Shown here piece after piece: positions 52,114 to 64,000 of a DNA stretch of 64,000 nucleotides (positions are counted from its first letter, which is position 1; each line of letters begins with the position of its first letter). The notes under the pieces were generated by a model that had not been told where the DNA came from, did no database searches, and saw only the letters and a list, made by a program, of their open reading frames with translations. Source of the stretch: Octopus sinensis (lineage: Eukaryota); the NCBI RefSeq assembly GCF_006345805.1, contig NC_043012.1, positions 31,434,001-31,498,000 on the forward strand, in the 5' to 3' direction. A program made the translations under genes and the position numbers.

Positions 52114-55050
52114 ATGTAGGAGGGCTGCTGCGCGGAAACTGTAAAAAGAAAATTTCATTCCTGAGAGACCTTGTGACATGCAATCAAGCTATATGCATGG
52201 CACTCACAGAAACGCATCTTGAACCCGATATAGGTGATGCAGAAATACACATGCCGCAATATGCAGTCATAAGCACAGATAGAAAAGGGAGGAGCCATGG
52301 TGGAGTTGCAATGTACATCCGAGATGACCTCACGCCCCAGGTCCTGCTGTCATATTCAAACTCAGTATGTGAAACTCAAATTGTACACATAAGACAACTG
52401 AATATCGTCATATGCACTACATATCGCCCACCAGATGCCCCAAAACACTCAGGCATGTTTGAAGACTGCCTAACAAAAATAGGAGAAGTCCTCACCAACC
52501 TTGAACAGCACAACAGTGTATTCTTCATGGGTGACTTTAACCTCCCCAATGTGGAATGGCCTGGGGGGCGGATGCTCCCAGGGATGACACACCATCAGCA
52601 GGCACAGGTGGAGTCCCTGCTCCATCTCACAAATGCCTCTTTCATGGAGCAAATAGTTCTGCAACCAACAAGGGCAGATCATATACTGGATCTCTGCTTC
52701 ACAAACAATATGGATATTATCCATAATGTTAATGTGATGCCAACAATGATCTCGGATCACAACATAATAGAGCTGTCTATGTATGGAACAAAAGCCCCCG
52801 CAGACACACAGCCTATACGAAGCACCCACCATCTCTCCATCATAAAGCCAACTGGAAGTTGATTGAGAAAGAGATCCTCAAACAGGATTGGCCTGAATGT
52901 CTCTCCACACCGGACATAAACATGAAACACAAACACTTCATGTCCATAATACAAGCCATATGTGACAAATATGTCCCAGTGTGCAGGGCCAGCACACACA
53001 AGAACAAAAACAGGATCCCTAGAGAAAGGAGGATTCTTATGAGACGACGGACAAGGATTGCAAACCGCCTGAGCAAGCACACCAATAGTGGTGAGAAGTC
53101 TCGGCTCGAAAGAATGCTAATGGAAACTGAGAAAAGTCTACATCAGTCCCATGGAAAGGTGAGAGCAGATAAAGAAGCTTGGGTAATAGAAAATATAAAA
53201 TCAAACCCTAAAGCTTTCTTTAAGTTTGCCAAAGAGACAGCCACAGTGCACCAGAGAATAGGACCTCTCTTCCAAAAAGATGGCTCTCTCACAGGAAATC
53301 CCACGAGGATAAGTGAAATACTGAAGGAACAGTTCCAAAGTGTGTTCACTACACCTCTAGGACACAGGCAAGTAAACAACCCAGAAGAATTCTTTGCCAC
53401 TTTACCTGCGGCCAAAGAGACAAAAATTGAGTACATCAACATCGAAGATGATGATATCACACTAGCCATTGATGAGATTGACACAAACTCAGCTGCTGGA
53501 CCTGATGGATTCCCAGCGATCCTTCTCAAATCGTGCAAACGAGCCCTTGCAAAACCGCTACAGCTTCTTTTTCAGAGCTTTCTTGCAAGTGGTAAGCTCC
53601 CAGTCAAATTGAAAGAGGGGGTAATATGCCCTATCCATAAGGGAGGTAGCAGAGCAGATGCTAAAAATTATAGGCCTATCTCTCTGACTTCACACATCAG
53701 CAAAGTCATGGAACGAATAGTCCGTAAGAAACTAATCATGTTCCTTGAAGAAAATGACTTGCTGTCTGACACCCAGCATGGATTTCGACCAGGTAGAGGC
53801 TGCCTAACACAGCTCCTGCAACACTATGACTGGGTGTTGAAACAGCTACTAAATGGCTCAAATGTGGATGTAATATATCTCGACTTTGCAAAAGCCTTTG
53901 ATAAAGTCGACCATGGTATGATCTGTCACAAACTGCGTGGTCTCGGCATAGGCGGGAAACTTGGAGAGTGGCTGCACAACTTCCTAAAAGACAGAAAACA
54001 GGCAGTTGTGAGCAATGGAGCCACCTCCAAGGAAACGCAAATAACAAGCGGTGTCCCACAGGGCACTCTCTTGGGGCCACTGATGTTCATAGTGGCCCTT
54101 TCAGACATGCGTTCAGTTGCTACGATGACCACCCTTGCTAGCTATGCAGATGACACAAAAGTCTCCTACGCAATACAAAACCCTGAAAATATTGCGCATC
54201 TGCAACATGAGCTGGACACAATATACAGGTGGGCTGAGGACAACAACATGCAGGTAAGTTCCAGGCCCTGCGCTATTGGCACACAAAGGTAAATGACGTG
54301 AAGACTGGATACACTGGCCCAGGAAGAATTGCAATCCCTGAGTCAAAATCAGTGCGTGACCTGGGCATTGACATGAGCAATGATGCATCTTTCCAAATGC
54401 ATATTGCTGATCTGGTGATAAAATGCAGACGGCTAGCTGGATGGATTCTCCGAACTTTCAGAACAAGAGAGAAGGAGACACTGATGGTCCTATGGAAAAC
54501 ATTCGTCCTCATCCACTTGGACTACTGCTCCCAACTTTGGTCACCACACAATATAAAACAAACAGCAGAACTCGAAGCAATTCAGAAAAGCTACACAAAG
54601 AAAATCGTCTCAATGCAAAATATCAGCTACTGGGAAAGACTGAAGGTATTAAACCTCTTCTCCCTAGAGCGGAGGCGGGAGAGATATGCAGTGATATACA
54701 TCTGGAAAATCCTGGAGGGTCTTGTCCCAAACTTTGGCATTCAAAGTTACTCCAACCGCAGAATGGGGCGCCGCTGCGTGGTGCCAAGGATTCCAACATC
54801 ACCATCAAAATACAGGTCCAGATACTGCAACAGCTTGGGTTTCAGAGGACCACAGATCTTTAACATCCTCCCTAAATGCCTGAGAGACTTACATGGTGTG
54901 GATGTGGGTTTCTTTAAAACTAAACTGGATCTCTTCTTGTCGGGAGTCCCAGATGAACCTACCTCACGACAGGAAATGCGGATGCGGGCAGCAGCATCGA
55001 ACTCCCTTGTTGATCAAGTGCCACGTATCAGAGGTGGATTCACAAACTAG
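52059..55050 (+). pseudogene. CR1 ORF2, APE endonuclease plus RT, two frame disruptions
   Basis: LNVGGL, LTETHL, YRPP, GDFNLP, LDLCFT, SDHNII; YRPISLTS, QHGFRPGR, YLDFAKAFDKV, GVPQG, YADD, LERRRERY; breaks at about 52850 and 54270. Confidence 0.95.
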
Positions 55051-55202
55051 TGTAGCTCATTCAGCGGTGGTGCCCCAGCATGGCCGCGGCCTTCGGGCTA
55101 AAACATTTTAAAGGATTTAAGGATTTAAGGATACATATATATATACATATATATACATATATATACATGTATATATATATATGTGTGTATACATATATAT
55201 AC

Positions 55203-55249
<47 letters not shown>

Positions 55250-55320
55250 TATACATATATATATATAATATTATATATATATGTATACACATATATATAC
55301 TATATATATATATATTATAC

Positions 55321-55351
<31 letters not shown>

Positions 55352-55399
55352 CATATATATACATATATATATATATACACAATATATATATATATATAT

Positions 55400-55462
<63 letters not shown>

Positions 55463-55538
55463 TATATACATATATACATATATATTATATATATATATAC
55501 GAAAGAAGGTTTGAAAATGCAATTTAAAGGATGTTTAT

Positions 55539-55583
55539 TTACTTAACCGGTTTCAATCTTTGGAAAAAGATTGTCAAAAGTAA
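55539..55583 (-). ncRNA. HHR-like three-way junction with a shortened UUGAC core
   Basis: Minus: TTACTT TTGAC AATCTTT-TTCC-AAAGATT GAA ACCGGT T AAGTAA; stems perfect, core 5 nt instead of 7. Confidence 0.6.
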
Positions 55584-55720
55584 CATAGAATATTATGAAG
55601 TCCATTTTTAAAAGTTTATGGCCGTTATTTCTAAAGGGCCAATCAAACAAGTCCATTTTTTTAAAGGTGTAGCGTTTAGAATAGTCTGGATAGAATCCAC
55701 ATATCGGTTCCATTCTAGCA

Positions 55721-55767
55721 AAAACTGCCCGACGAACGGCAACGGGAAACTTAGAGTAACAGGTTTT
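55721..55767 (+). ncRNA. Type I HHR fold, CCGACGA core
   Basis: AAAACTGC CCGACGA ACG-GCAA-CGG GAA ACT-TAG-AGT A ACAGGTTTT; GNRA loop; mismatches at the bases of stems I and II. Confidence 0.62.
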
Positions 55768-55891
55768 GTTGAATTTTCTGCTCCTTTGAATAAAGTATAT
55801 TACTCTACCACTGGTATTTGAGTACTCTTTTTTCCACCTTGTTTCACATTTAAGTGTTTACTCCGGTATATATATATATATATATATATAT

Positions 55892-56570
55892 ACACCCATG
55901 TATATAATATATTTACAAATACTCCCCACCAAGATGTACGCATATATTCATACGGTTGTACAAATAGGAGAGAATGGGTCGTCATGGCATACAAATAGTC
56001 ACAAAATACTGCACATAAAGGACATTGGTGTAGGTATGGGTGCTGCCCACAATTTTGTTCTCATTCGGTAAAATTTTGTAATCATGTCTCTAATTGGAGG
56101 AACATTCTGCGTATATAGTTGTGATTTAATTAAAGCATAATATATCGAGTTTTGGCTTGCATTTTTTAATAATACTGCCCTGGTAGAAAGGGAAGTTTGA
56201 ATATTTAGGTAAGATCTGTCCAACACAATTATCAATATGTTTACTCAGGTGTATTTTTCTTGAGCATGGTTCTCTTGATTTGTTGTCGGTGTATCATCAT
56301 TTTTTTTCTTAGTGTCATAGCCGTTTGTCTGATTTAATGTTCTCGGTAATCTTTACACGTTATAATGTATCTTAGGCTGTCCGAATTACAGAAGATGGTT
56401 TTAATTTTAAAGCTGGGGCACTCTCTCAAGTGGATTCGAGGCCTTTCAATAGGTAGGTGCATAATCCACCTTTAGAGTCTGCTGTTTGTGTACGTAGCAT
56501 TACATTGCTCAATAAATACAGGCTGAGTCAATAGTAACGCTCAGTTTCTGGGAAGTCACGTCTTTCTTTG
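55892..56570 (-). pseudogene. Penelope-like GIY-YIG endonuclease 3' fragment plus UTR
   Basis: PRN..LLT, GLCTYLLKG, FCNSDSLRYIITCKDY..H.IRQTAMTLRKKMMIHRQQI, HLSKHIDNC, FPFY, KCKPKLD. Confidence 0.85.
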
Positions 56571-57072
56571 TCATTTTGCAGGTTATTACTGGCAGTTTTG
56601 CTAAACCTAGATCATGTATGATATAGTTAATACTCTTTGTTATCCAAACCCATAAAACAAGAATTAGAAGTCAAAAGTATTTCCCAAATGGGAAGTCATA
56701 CATATCATTAAAACAGGAATTAGACGCTATTTTTTAAATCACCCTATGTGTGTGTGTTTATGCTTGTGTGTGTGTGTATATATATGTATGTTACACACGC
56801 ACATATATATATATATTAGATAGACAGATAAATAGATAGGTACACACTGGGCTTTCGAAAACTCACTCTGCCCACACCTAATCAATCCTTTACACACACT
56901 GTATTCGAGGCTATAATAGGTGAACTTGTTCAGCTGAACTGAACCCGGAACAATGCGGTTGCAAAGCAAATTTCTTACCAAATAGCCACGTCAGATGTAT
57001 ATATGTATTCACAGAGAGAGAGAGGGGGGAGAAAAGGAGAGAGAGAGTAGGGGAGAAAGAGAGAGAGTGTGC

Positions 57073-57116
<44 letters not shown>

Positions 57117-57879
57117 GAGAGAGAGAGAAAGTTGGTGATTTAATCTGGTATTTGGGGATTGCCAATCAATGAAATCATTCAAATGAATCGCCAGTTTCTC
57201 AGGATGGTCGCTCAAGAGATTCGCTTCACAATCATAATTTCTTTTGTTTGGTCTCACTGAGTGTCACCTCGGTCGTCATGGGCCTTCTCTGCATCCTGCG
57301 TATCTTGGGCACCTCAATCTTTTTCTATAGCCTCGGATTCGACATACACCATGTGAGTAAAACTGGGTAGATTCTGGGCAGATTCATTCAATTACTCAAG
57401 GATTGACCTTGCTCAAATTGTGACCGAGAATTGTCAAGGGTACACGGCTCTTACCCGCTGACTGAATGAAGGGCTTAGATCGATTGAGTGAACTGCTGGA
57501 TGCTTATCGTCGAAATCAACGGAGATTTATTCACATAAAGAAAAAAGAAAAAAAAACGTATATACTGAGAGCACTGGCTTTTAAACGAGAAGAGCAGGCG
57601 TATGCATACATAGAAGTACATACACACACACACACGTTTAGTCATCTCTGTCTGCAAAAATGTTTGCGCGTGTATATGTAAAAATGTGTGAGTATACATA
57701 CACACACAAAATATATATGCGTGTACATATTTATATATATATGGGTGTGTATATAACTACATATATATGTATGTATATGTATACACACACACATACACAC
57801 GGGTACAATCGCGCGCGCGCACAAGCACATACATATATATGTTTGCGTGTATGTGTATGCAAATATATATATGCGTGTA

Positions 57880-57927
<48 letters not shown>

Positions 57928-58051
57928 TGTATATGTATATATGTATGCATGCATATACGTATATGAATAAATATACGTATATATACATATATACGTTTGC
58001 GTGTATGTGTATGTATATATATACATATACGTTTGCGTGATGTGTATGTAT

Positions 58052-58102
<51 letters not shown>

Positions 58103-58115
58103 GTATATATATATA

Positions 58116-58279
58116 GGCGCAGGAGAGTGGCTGTGTGGTAAGTAGCTTGCTTACGAACCACATGGCTCCGGGTTCGGTCCCACTGCGTAGCACCTTGGGC
58201 AAGTGTCTTCTGCTATAGCCTCGGGCCGACCAAAGCCTTGTGAGTGGATTTGGTTGACGTAAACTGAAAGAAGCCAGTC

Positions 58280-58357
<78 letters not shown>

Positions 58358-58633
58358 TATATGTATATGTGTGTGTGTGTGTGTGGTGTGTGTGTGTGTT
58401 GTGTGTGTGTGTGTGTGTTTGTGTGTCTGTGTTTGTCCCTCTAGCATTGCTTGACAACCGATGCTGGTGTGTTTATATCCCCGTCACCTAGCGGTTCGGC
58501 AAACGAGACCGATAGAATAAGTACTGGGCTTACAAAGAATAAGTCCCGGGGTCGATTTGCTCGACTAAAGGCGGTGCTCCAGCATGGCCGCAGTCAAATG
58601 ACTGAAACAAGTAAAAGAGTAAATGAGTAAAAG
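58116..58633 (+). mobile_element. SINE family A
   Basis: Complete head, CORE, microsatellite and tail; a further tail-only copy lies at 59845-60045 (-). Confidence 0.93.
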
Positions 58634-58653
58634 AGTATATATATATATTATAT

Positions 58654-58721
<68 letters not shown>

Positions 58722-60640
58722 CATGTATATACGTATATGAATACATATACATAAATATCTATGTACGTATATATATATACATATGTATACGGATATATGC
58801 CTATATATGCGCAAAAATGTTCATGATTTGTGTGTGTATAAATGTATCTGCACAAGGATGATTACATATGTAGAAACATAATATGTATTATGGATCGTTC
58901 TATTACGTAAAGAAGACAGATTTCTCGATTAAGTATTGAATATATACGACGAGATGATACATTAATTTAAATGGGATCAAGAAAATATGGATTGGAAAAC
59001 GTGAAGGTCCGGGTTACTGGCAGCGTCAGCCTGACAGCATTCATTATAAGTTTAATGCTATCGTTGGATTGAAGTTAACTAGAAAGAACTTAATTCATCC
59101 AAACACACACTGATATATACACAGAGGTAGACAGATTCATATATATACATTATATGTGTGTGTATGAGCGTAAGTATCCACGCATACACACATAAACATA
59201 TAAAGATACTCAGATGCACATTTGAGCGATCACCGTACTGTAAAGGTTTTAGCATTGCAATTTGTTTCAGTAATGTAGATGACTAATGTCCGAATAGTTA
59301 GGAATTTTGTGTTTCAGTAATAAGGTCTAGGGTTGGGTCTCACGGTGTGGCGTCAGAGGCTAATTTCTTTTTTACCCTTTGTGGGTCGGCAGGGTTGGAA
59401 TTACAGAAAAGGCTATTGGGGTCCCCTTTTAGTTTTGCGCATTTCCACACTATCCATAAGGTAATATTTGTTTAATCTCGTATATATGTGTGAGTGCATG
59501 GTAGAGAACAAGAAATTTAGCACTTTTTTTATAGTTTTATAAACTATACATATATCACTAAATATAAAATAAAACAAAAAGAATAAAAAAAAATGTATAT
59601 CGATTCATACCAGTACAAATACGAAGAAAATTGACTTATAGTTCATCAGAGTATCTGAAAAAAAGAACAGAATAAATAATTTCACAGAAGGCTAATGGGG
59701 TCCAATTGGACCCCGATGACCATATTTTATGCTATAATATCCATATGACTGCAAATTTTTAACTCAGAATTTGTATGTGCAAACATAAACTACTGAATAT
59801 AAAGGTAATCAGATATAAAATCATTTAAATAAAAAATGAAAAAGTAACTCTTTTACTCTTTTACTTGTATTAGTCATTATGATTGCGGCCATACTGAAGC
59901 ACCTCCTTTAGTCGAGCAAATCGACCCCACGACTTGTTCTTTGTAAGCCTAGTACTTATTCTATCGGCCTCTTTTGCCGAACCGCTAAGTTACGGAGACG
60001 TAAACAAACCAGCATCGGTTGTCAAGCGATGTTGGGGACACATACATACATACATACATACATACATACATGCATACATACATACATACATACATACATA
60101 CATAATACAAATATACACACACACACACATGTAACCACATAGCATACATTATATTTATTCAGTAATAGCTATTATATAGCCAAAATGCATTTACAGAGTA
60201 ACGTTAGGGCTATTGTCGATCAAGGATAAGAAAACTTATCTGATGGCCGATGAAGAAAGAAAATCTACCGACAACATAAGTGGAGAACACTCTCTATCCT
60301 TGTCGATAATAAAACAACTGTCTATATACGAGAACCATGAACAGTGCATTTGGTACAGCTGAAGGAAAATTGAGAGAAGAATCATCAAACTCTGGATGTT
60401 ATGCCAAAACTAGAACGTGTTGCAGGCCGTGGACGGCAGAAGCATGGATAAGCGGAATCAAATAACGTGATAATGGTTTTATCTTTACATGTGAGGTAAA
60501 AGGATACAAAATGAAGGTAATAGATTTCAGCCATTGATTCACTGTTGGGGTTCCTTTCGTTGCTATCCTAAATTCCACATTTCACCCGTTAAACGCAGAA
60601 ACACAAAACTCAATATAAGATTAAAGAGAAGTACTAGCTA

Positions 60641-60726
<86 letters not shown>

Positions 60727-61035
60727 ATATATCACCGTGTTCACTGTGACCGACCAGGCTATCAGATGTTGCTACACATCGCTGGTCACAATGCGCTTCG
60801 CATTGTTTTAGCCTTCAAATGACGCCACCCCGCTGGCTAAGCGAGCAGACCAACAGAAGAAACAGCGAGAGAAAGTTGTAGCGAAAGAGTAGAGCAGGGT
60901 TCGCCACCACCCTCTGCTGGAGCCTCGTGGAGCTTTACGTGTTTTCGCTCAATAAACACCCACAAGGCCCGGTCAGGGAATCGGAACCTACAACCGCGAG
61001 TCCGCTACTCTAACCACTGGGCAATTGCGCCTCCA

Positions 61036-61036
<1 letters not shown>
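60727..61036 (-). mobile_element. SINE head C with tail type 3
   Basis: Head C plus tail ...GGCGTCATTTGAAGGCTAAAAC...CATCTGATAGCCTGGTCGGTCAC, shared with 63512-63770. Confidence 0.85.
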
Positions 61037-61095
<59 letters not shown>

Positions 61096-61097
<2 letters not shown>

Positions 61098-61961
61098 CAA
61101 TAATAATTCTCTAAATGAGATATAGACAGTGACTGCTCCATAATATAAGGGATATTAGCCAACTGAATATGGCTAGGGACAGGGCAGGGTGGTGGGGGTG
61201 TCACTGTTGCATTTAGCCCCAGGCGAACATCAACGTCACCAGATAGGCCGACGCCATCACGGCGTCCTCTATCTTGCAAAGGGAGATCATTCACCAAGAA
61301 GCGGATACCACACACGGACCTAGGTTTCAAGGTGTATTGCCTATTATCAACGTGTGGTATGCATCGCTTCTCGATGAACGACCAACCGTGCAAGATATCT
61401 ATAAAGATTTTCAAGTAAATACATTTACTGATTTCGAAAATCTGTTCGACAGCAATAATAATTCTCTAAATGAGATATAGACAGTGACTGCTCCATAATA
61501 TAAGGGATATTAGCCAACTGAATATGGCTAGGGACAGGGCAGGGTGGTGGGGGTGTCACTGTTGCATTTAGCCCCAGGCGAACATCAACGTCACCAGATA
61601 GGCCGACGCCATCACGGCGCCCTCTATCTTGCAAAGGGAGATCATTCACCAAGAAGCGGATACCACACACGGACCTAGGTTTCAAGGTGTATTGCCTATT
61701 ATCAACGTGTGGTAGGCATCGCTTCTCGATGAACGACCAACCGTGCAAGATATCTATAAAGATAATAGGCAATACACCTTGAAACCTAGGTCCGTGTGTG
61801 GTATCCGCTTCTTGGTGAATGATCTCCCTTTGCAAGATAGAGGACGCCGTGATGGCGTCGGCCTATCTGGTGACGTTGATGTTCGCCTGGGGCTAAATTC
61901 AACAGTGACACCCCCACCACCCTGCCCTGTCCCTAGCCATATTCAGTTGGCTAATATCCCT

Positions 61962-61969
<8 letters not shown>
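61096..61969. repeat. 355-bp tandem duplication plus 209-bp inverted copy, (TA)n-bounded
   Basis: Unit 1 61096-61450, unit 2 61451-61763; inverted arm 61761-61969 pairs with 61495-61703 with one mismatch. Confidence 0.93.
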
Positions 61970-61997
<28 letters not shown>

Positions 61998-62020
61998 TCA
62001 TATATATATATATATAATAC

Positions 62021-62068
<48 letters not shown>

Positions 62069-62639
62069 ATGTGTGAATGTATGTGTATTTGTAGTATAAT
62101 ACATAAAATACTGTGGCTATTGTGGAAAGATCCTCTAGCGGAGCCGGCTAGCAGACCACATAATAATGCAATATATAGGAGCATGATGTAGAGTTCAATG
62201 CACCTGAAATCCAGAAGATCCGAAGAAGAACTTATTTTATGAGGAGTAAATAAGACATAAAATTCGGTAGGTATGAGATGTGATTATAATTATTGAACCG
62301 TTTGTCATTCCTAGTATTGCGGCCGTTTCGCAGCCTTCATCGCGTAATAATAATTTCAGTGTATAATAAATTATGTTTACATGTTTGCATTAGTACGTAC
62401 GCTATGCATTATAAAATACAACTATATATTTACGAATTAGCCCAGATAAAGAAAGCTAGGTCATCAAACCATTAGAACATCATGGTTACACAAATCCTTT
62501 AACTCTAAATATGCATACAAAATTTACTCTTTATGTATACAATATTTGAGGGAGCGATACTAGATAAAATTAACTTGGTGTGGTCATTAAAAATAAAATA
62601 TAATATATTCATGCAACACGAAGTTTTGTCAGTGGACAG

Positions 62640-62820
62640 GTCGCGGTCTCAAAGCGACGAAAATATTTTGACAAATTAAATTTAAATGTTGAAGTGAATC
62701 TACCGGTTTTTGTGTGTTTCTTAAATGGCTTATAAACACCTTCCACGCTGCAATTGTTTTCGTTCCAGCAAACGATCTCAGATCAAGTCACTTGCTATGC
62801 AAGTACATCTCCGTAATATG
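62640..62820 (-). mobile_element. Mariner-like terminal fragment (similar class of remnant at 38800-38910)
   Basis: GC-richer segment resembling mariner subterminal sequence; recognised by resemblance only. Confidence 0.4.
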
Positions 62821-63511
62821 TTTATTTTGTTTCATATTTAAGGAGGCGGATTTACATTAGGGAGTTGACCATCCTTAATGTCAACAAAAAGAAGGCATTG
62901 GAGAGGAACCAAAATCGTTATATTACAAGAAATTTTTTTTTAGAAAGTATATAAAAGTACATACGAAAATATATTGTAGAATATAATATAAATGAATTGA
63001 ATAGGGAACAGATAGCTGGAGATATAACGATTATGCTTAAAGATATTAGTGGACAACAGTTATTTCAAATGGGGCTAAAAGGTCAATAAACCTGAAAATA
63101 TTTTCTATCTTAATGAACTTTAGTAAAACCAAATCAATACCACGCTCACATGCATATACACACAATATACATATAAATACACCTAAATATAAATGTATAA
63201 GAATATGTACCTTTAGAGATACATACGCACATGTACGTCTCTTACTCAAGTATGTATATATAGACCTATATAGTTATATATACACATATGTAAATACTCA
63301 AAAACACATACACACACACACACACAAACACACACAGAGACACCCCCACACACATATAAATATGTAAAATATCTACATATATATATGCATACATATACGC
63401 ATACATATGTATACAATGACTTAGATGTGCATAGATTATAGATATACATGAACATAAACACATAAATGCAAACACACATGCTTATTTAATGCACAAATCT
63501 TAAATATACAT

Positions 63512-63770
63512 CACGTGATCACGTGACCGACCAGACTATCAGATGCTGTTACACATTGCTGGGCACAATGCGCTTTTTATCATTTTAGCCATCAAATGAC
63601 GCCACCCTGCTGGCTAGGCGGGCAGGCCAGCACTTCCTCTTGACGAAAAGGGGACTGGAGCAACGTGAAATGAAGTGTTTTGCTCAAGAGCACAACGAAC
63701 CACTCGGCCTGGGACTCGAACTCAAGATTTAGCGATCGTGAGTGCAACGGCCTAACCACTTGGCCACGTG
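63512..63770 (-). mobile_element. SINE head D with tail type 3
   Basis: GTGGCCAAGTGGTTAGG...GAGTTCGAGTCCC, CORE TTGTGCTCTTGAGCAAAACACTT, same tail as 60727-61036. Confidence 0.87.
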
Positions 63771-64000
63771 CATTCAGAAAAAAAAGCATACATACATTTA
63801 AAAGGATATGGATATATAAATATAAATATGTATACATACACACACACACACACACATACACACAAGAATATGCGTATATATGTTATATACACACACATAT
63901 GCGCATAGGCATATACATACGTTTAAATGCACACATATGTCTATAAATACCTTAATATAACAAATACATAAGCAGCTTCATGCGGAAGCACATGGATATA

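Larger units (their letters stand above)
51446..55132 (+). mobile_element. CR1-clade LINE, 5'-truncated, in (TA)n
   Basis: ORF1 remnant plus APE-RT ORF2; 3' hairpin tail and (TTAAGGAT)n repeats. Confidence 0.95.

Noticed and set aside
61096-61969. Repeat-spacer or CRISPR-like interpretation of this and other repeated units
   Set aside because: No short repeats with unique spacers, no cas genes, and a eukaryotic TE context.
62315-62349. Minus-strand CGATGA AGGCTGC GAA ACGG C with TATTACG/CGCAATA arms
   Set aside because: The core is one base short, U16.1 is replaced by G and stem II is essentially absent; counted only as a possible fossil.

Overview
Repeat-saturated eukaryotic intergenic or intronic DNA. 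The SINE and LINE families, together with the (TA)n, (TATG)n and (TAA)n microsatellites, look like an octopod cephalopod genome (inferred, not verified). I recognised no host protein-coding exon, rRNA, true tRNA gene or CRISPR array. Most ORFs in the supplied track are microsatellite read-through artefacts (YI-, VC- or HT-rich). Identifiable content: a full-length fossil Tc1 (DD34E) transposon; a Tc1-type MITE; a 5'-truncated but nearly intact Dong/R4 RLE-LINE stacked with two other Dong 3' ends in one (TAA)n array; a CR1-clade LINE with a CCCH-finger ORF1; fragments of RTE, HERO, CR1 and Penelope-like elements (PLE); and more than 25 tRNA-derived SINE copies from about 4 head types. The most notable signal is RNA-level and invisible in the ORF track: about 11 hammerhead-ribozyme (HHR) folds from several unrelated sequence families, mostly anchored in (TA)n. 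These include two 430-460 bp units with terminal direct repeats (retrozyme or PLE pseudo-LTR-like), one carrying a fully canonical type I HHR, and a 370 bp cassette with HHR folds on both strands. A SINE/LINE 3'-tail pairing with hairpin covariation is also visible. All folds were read by eye and none was computed.
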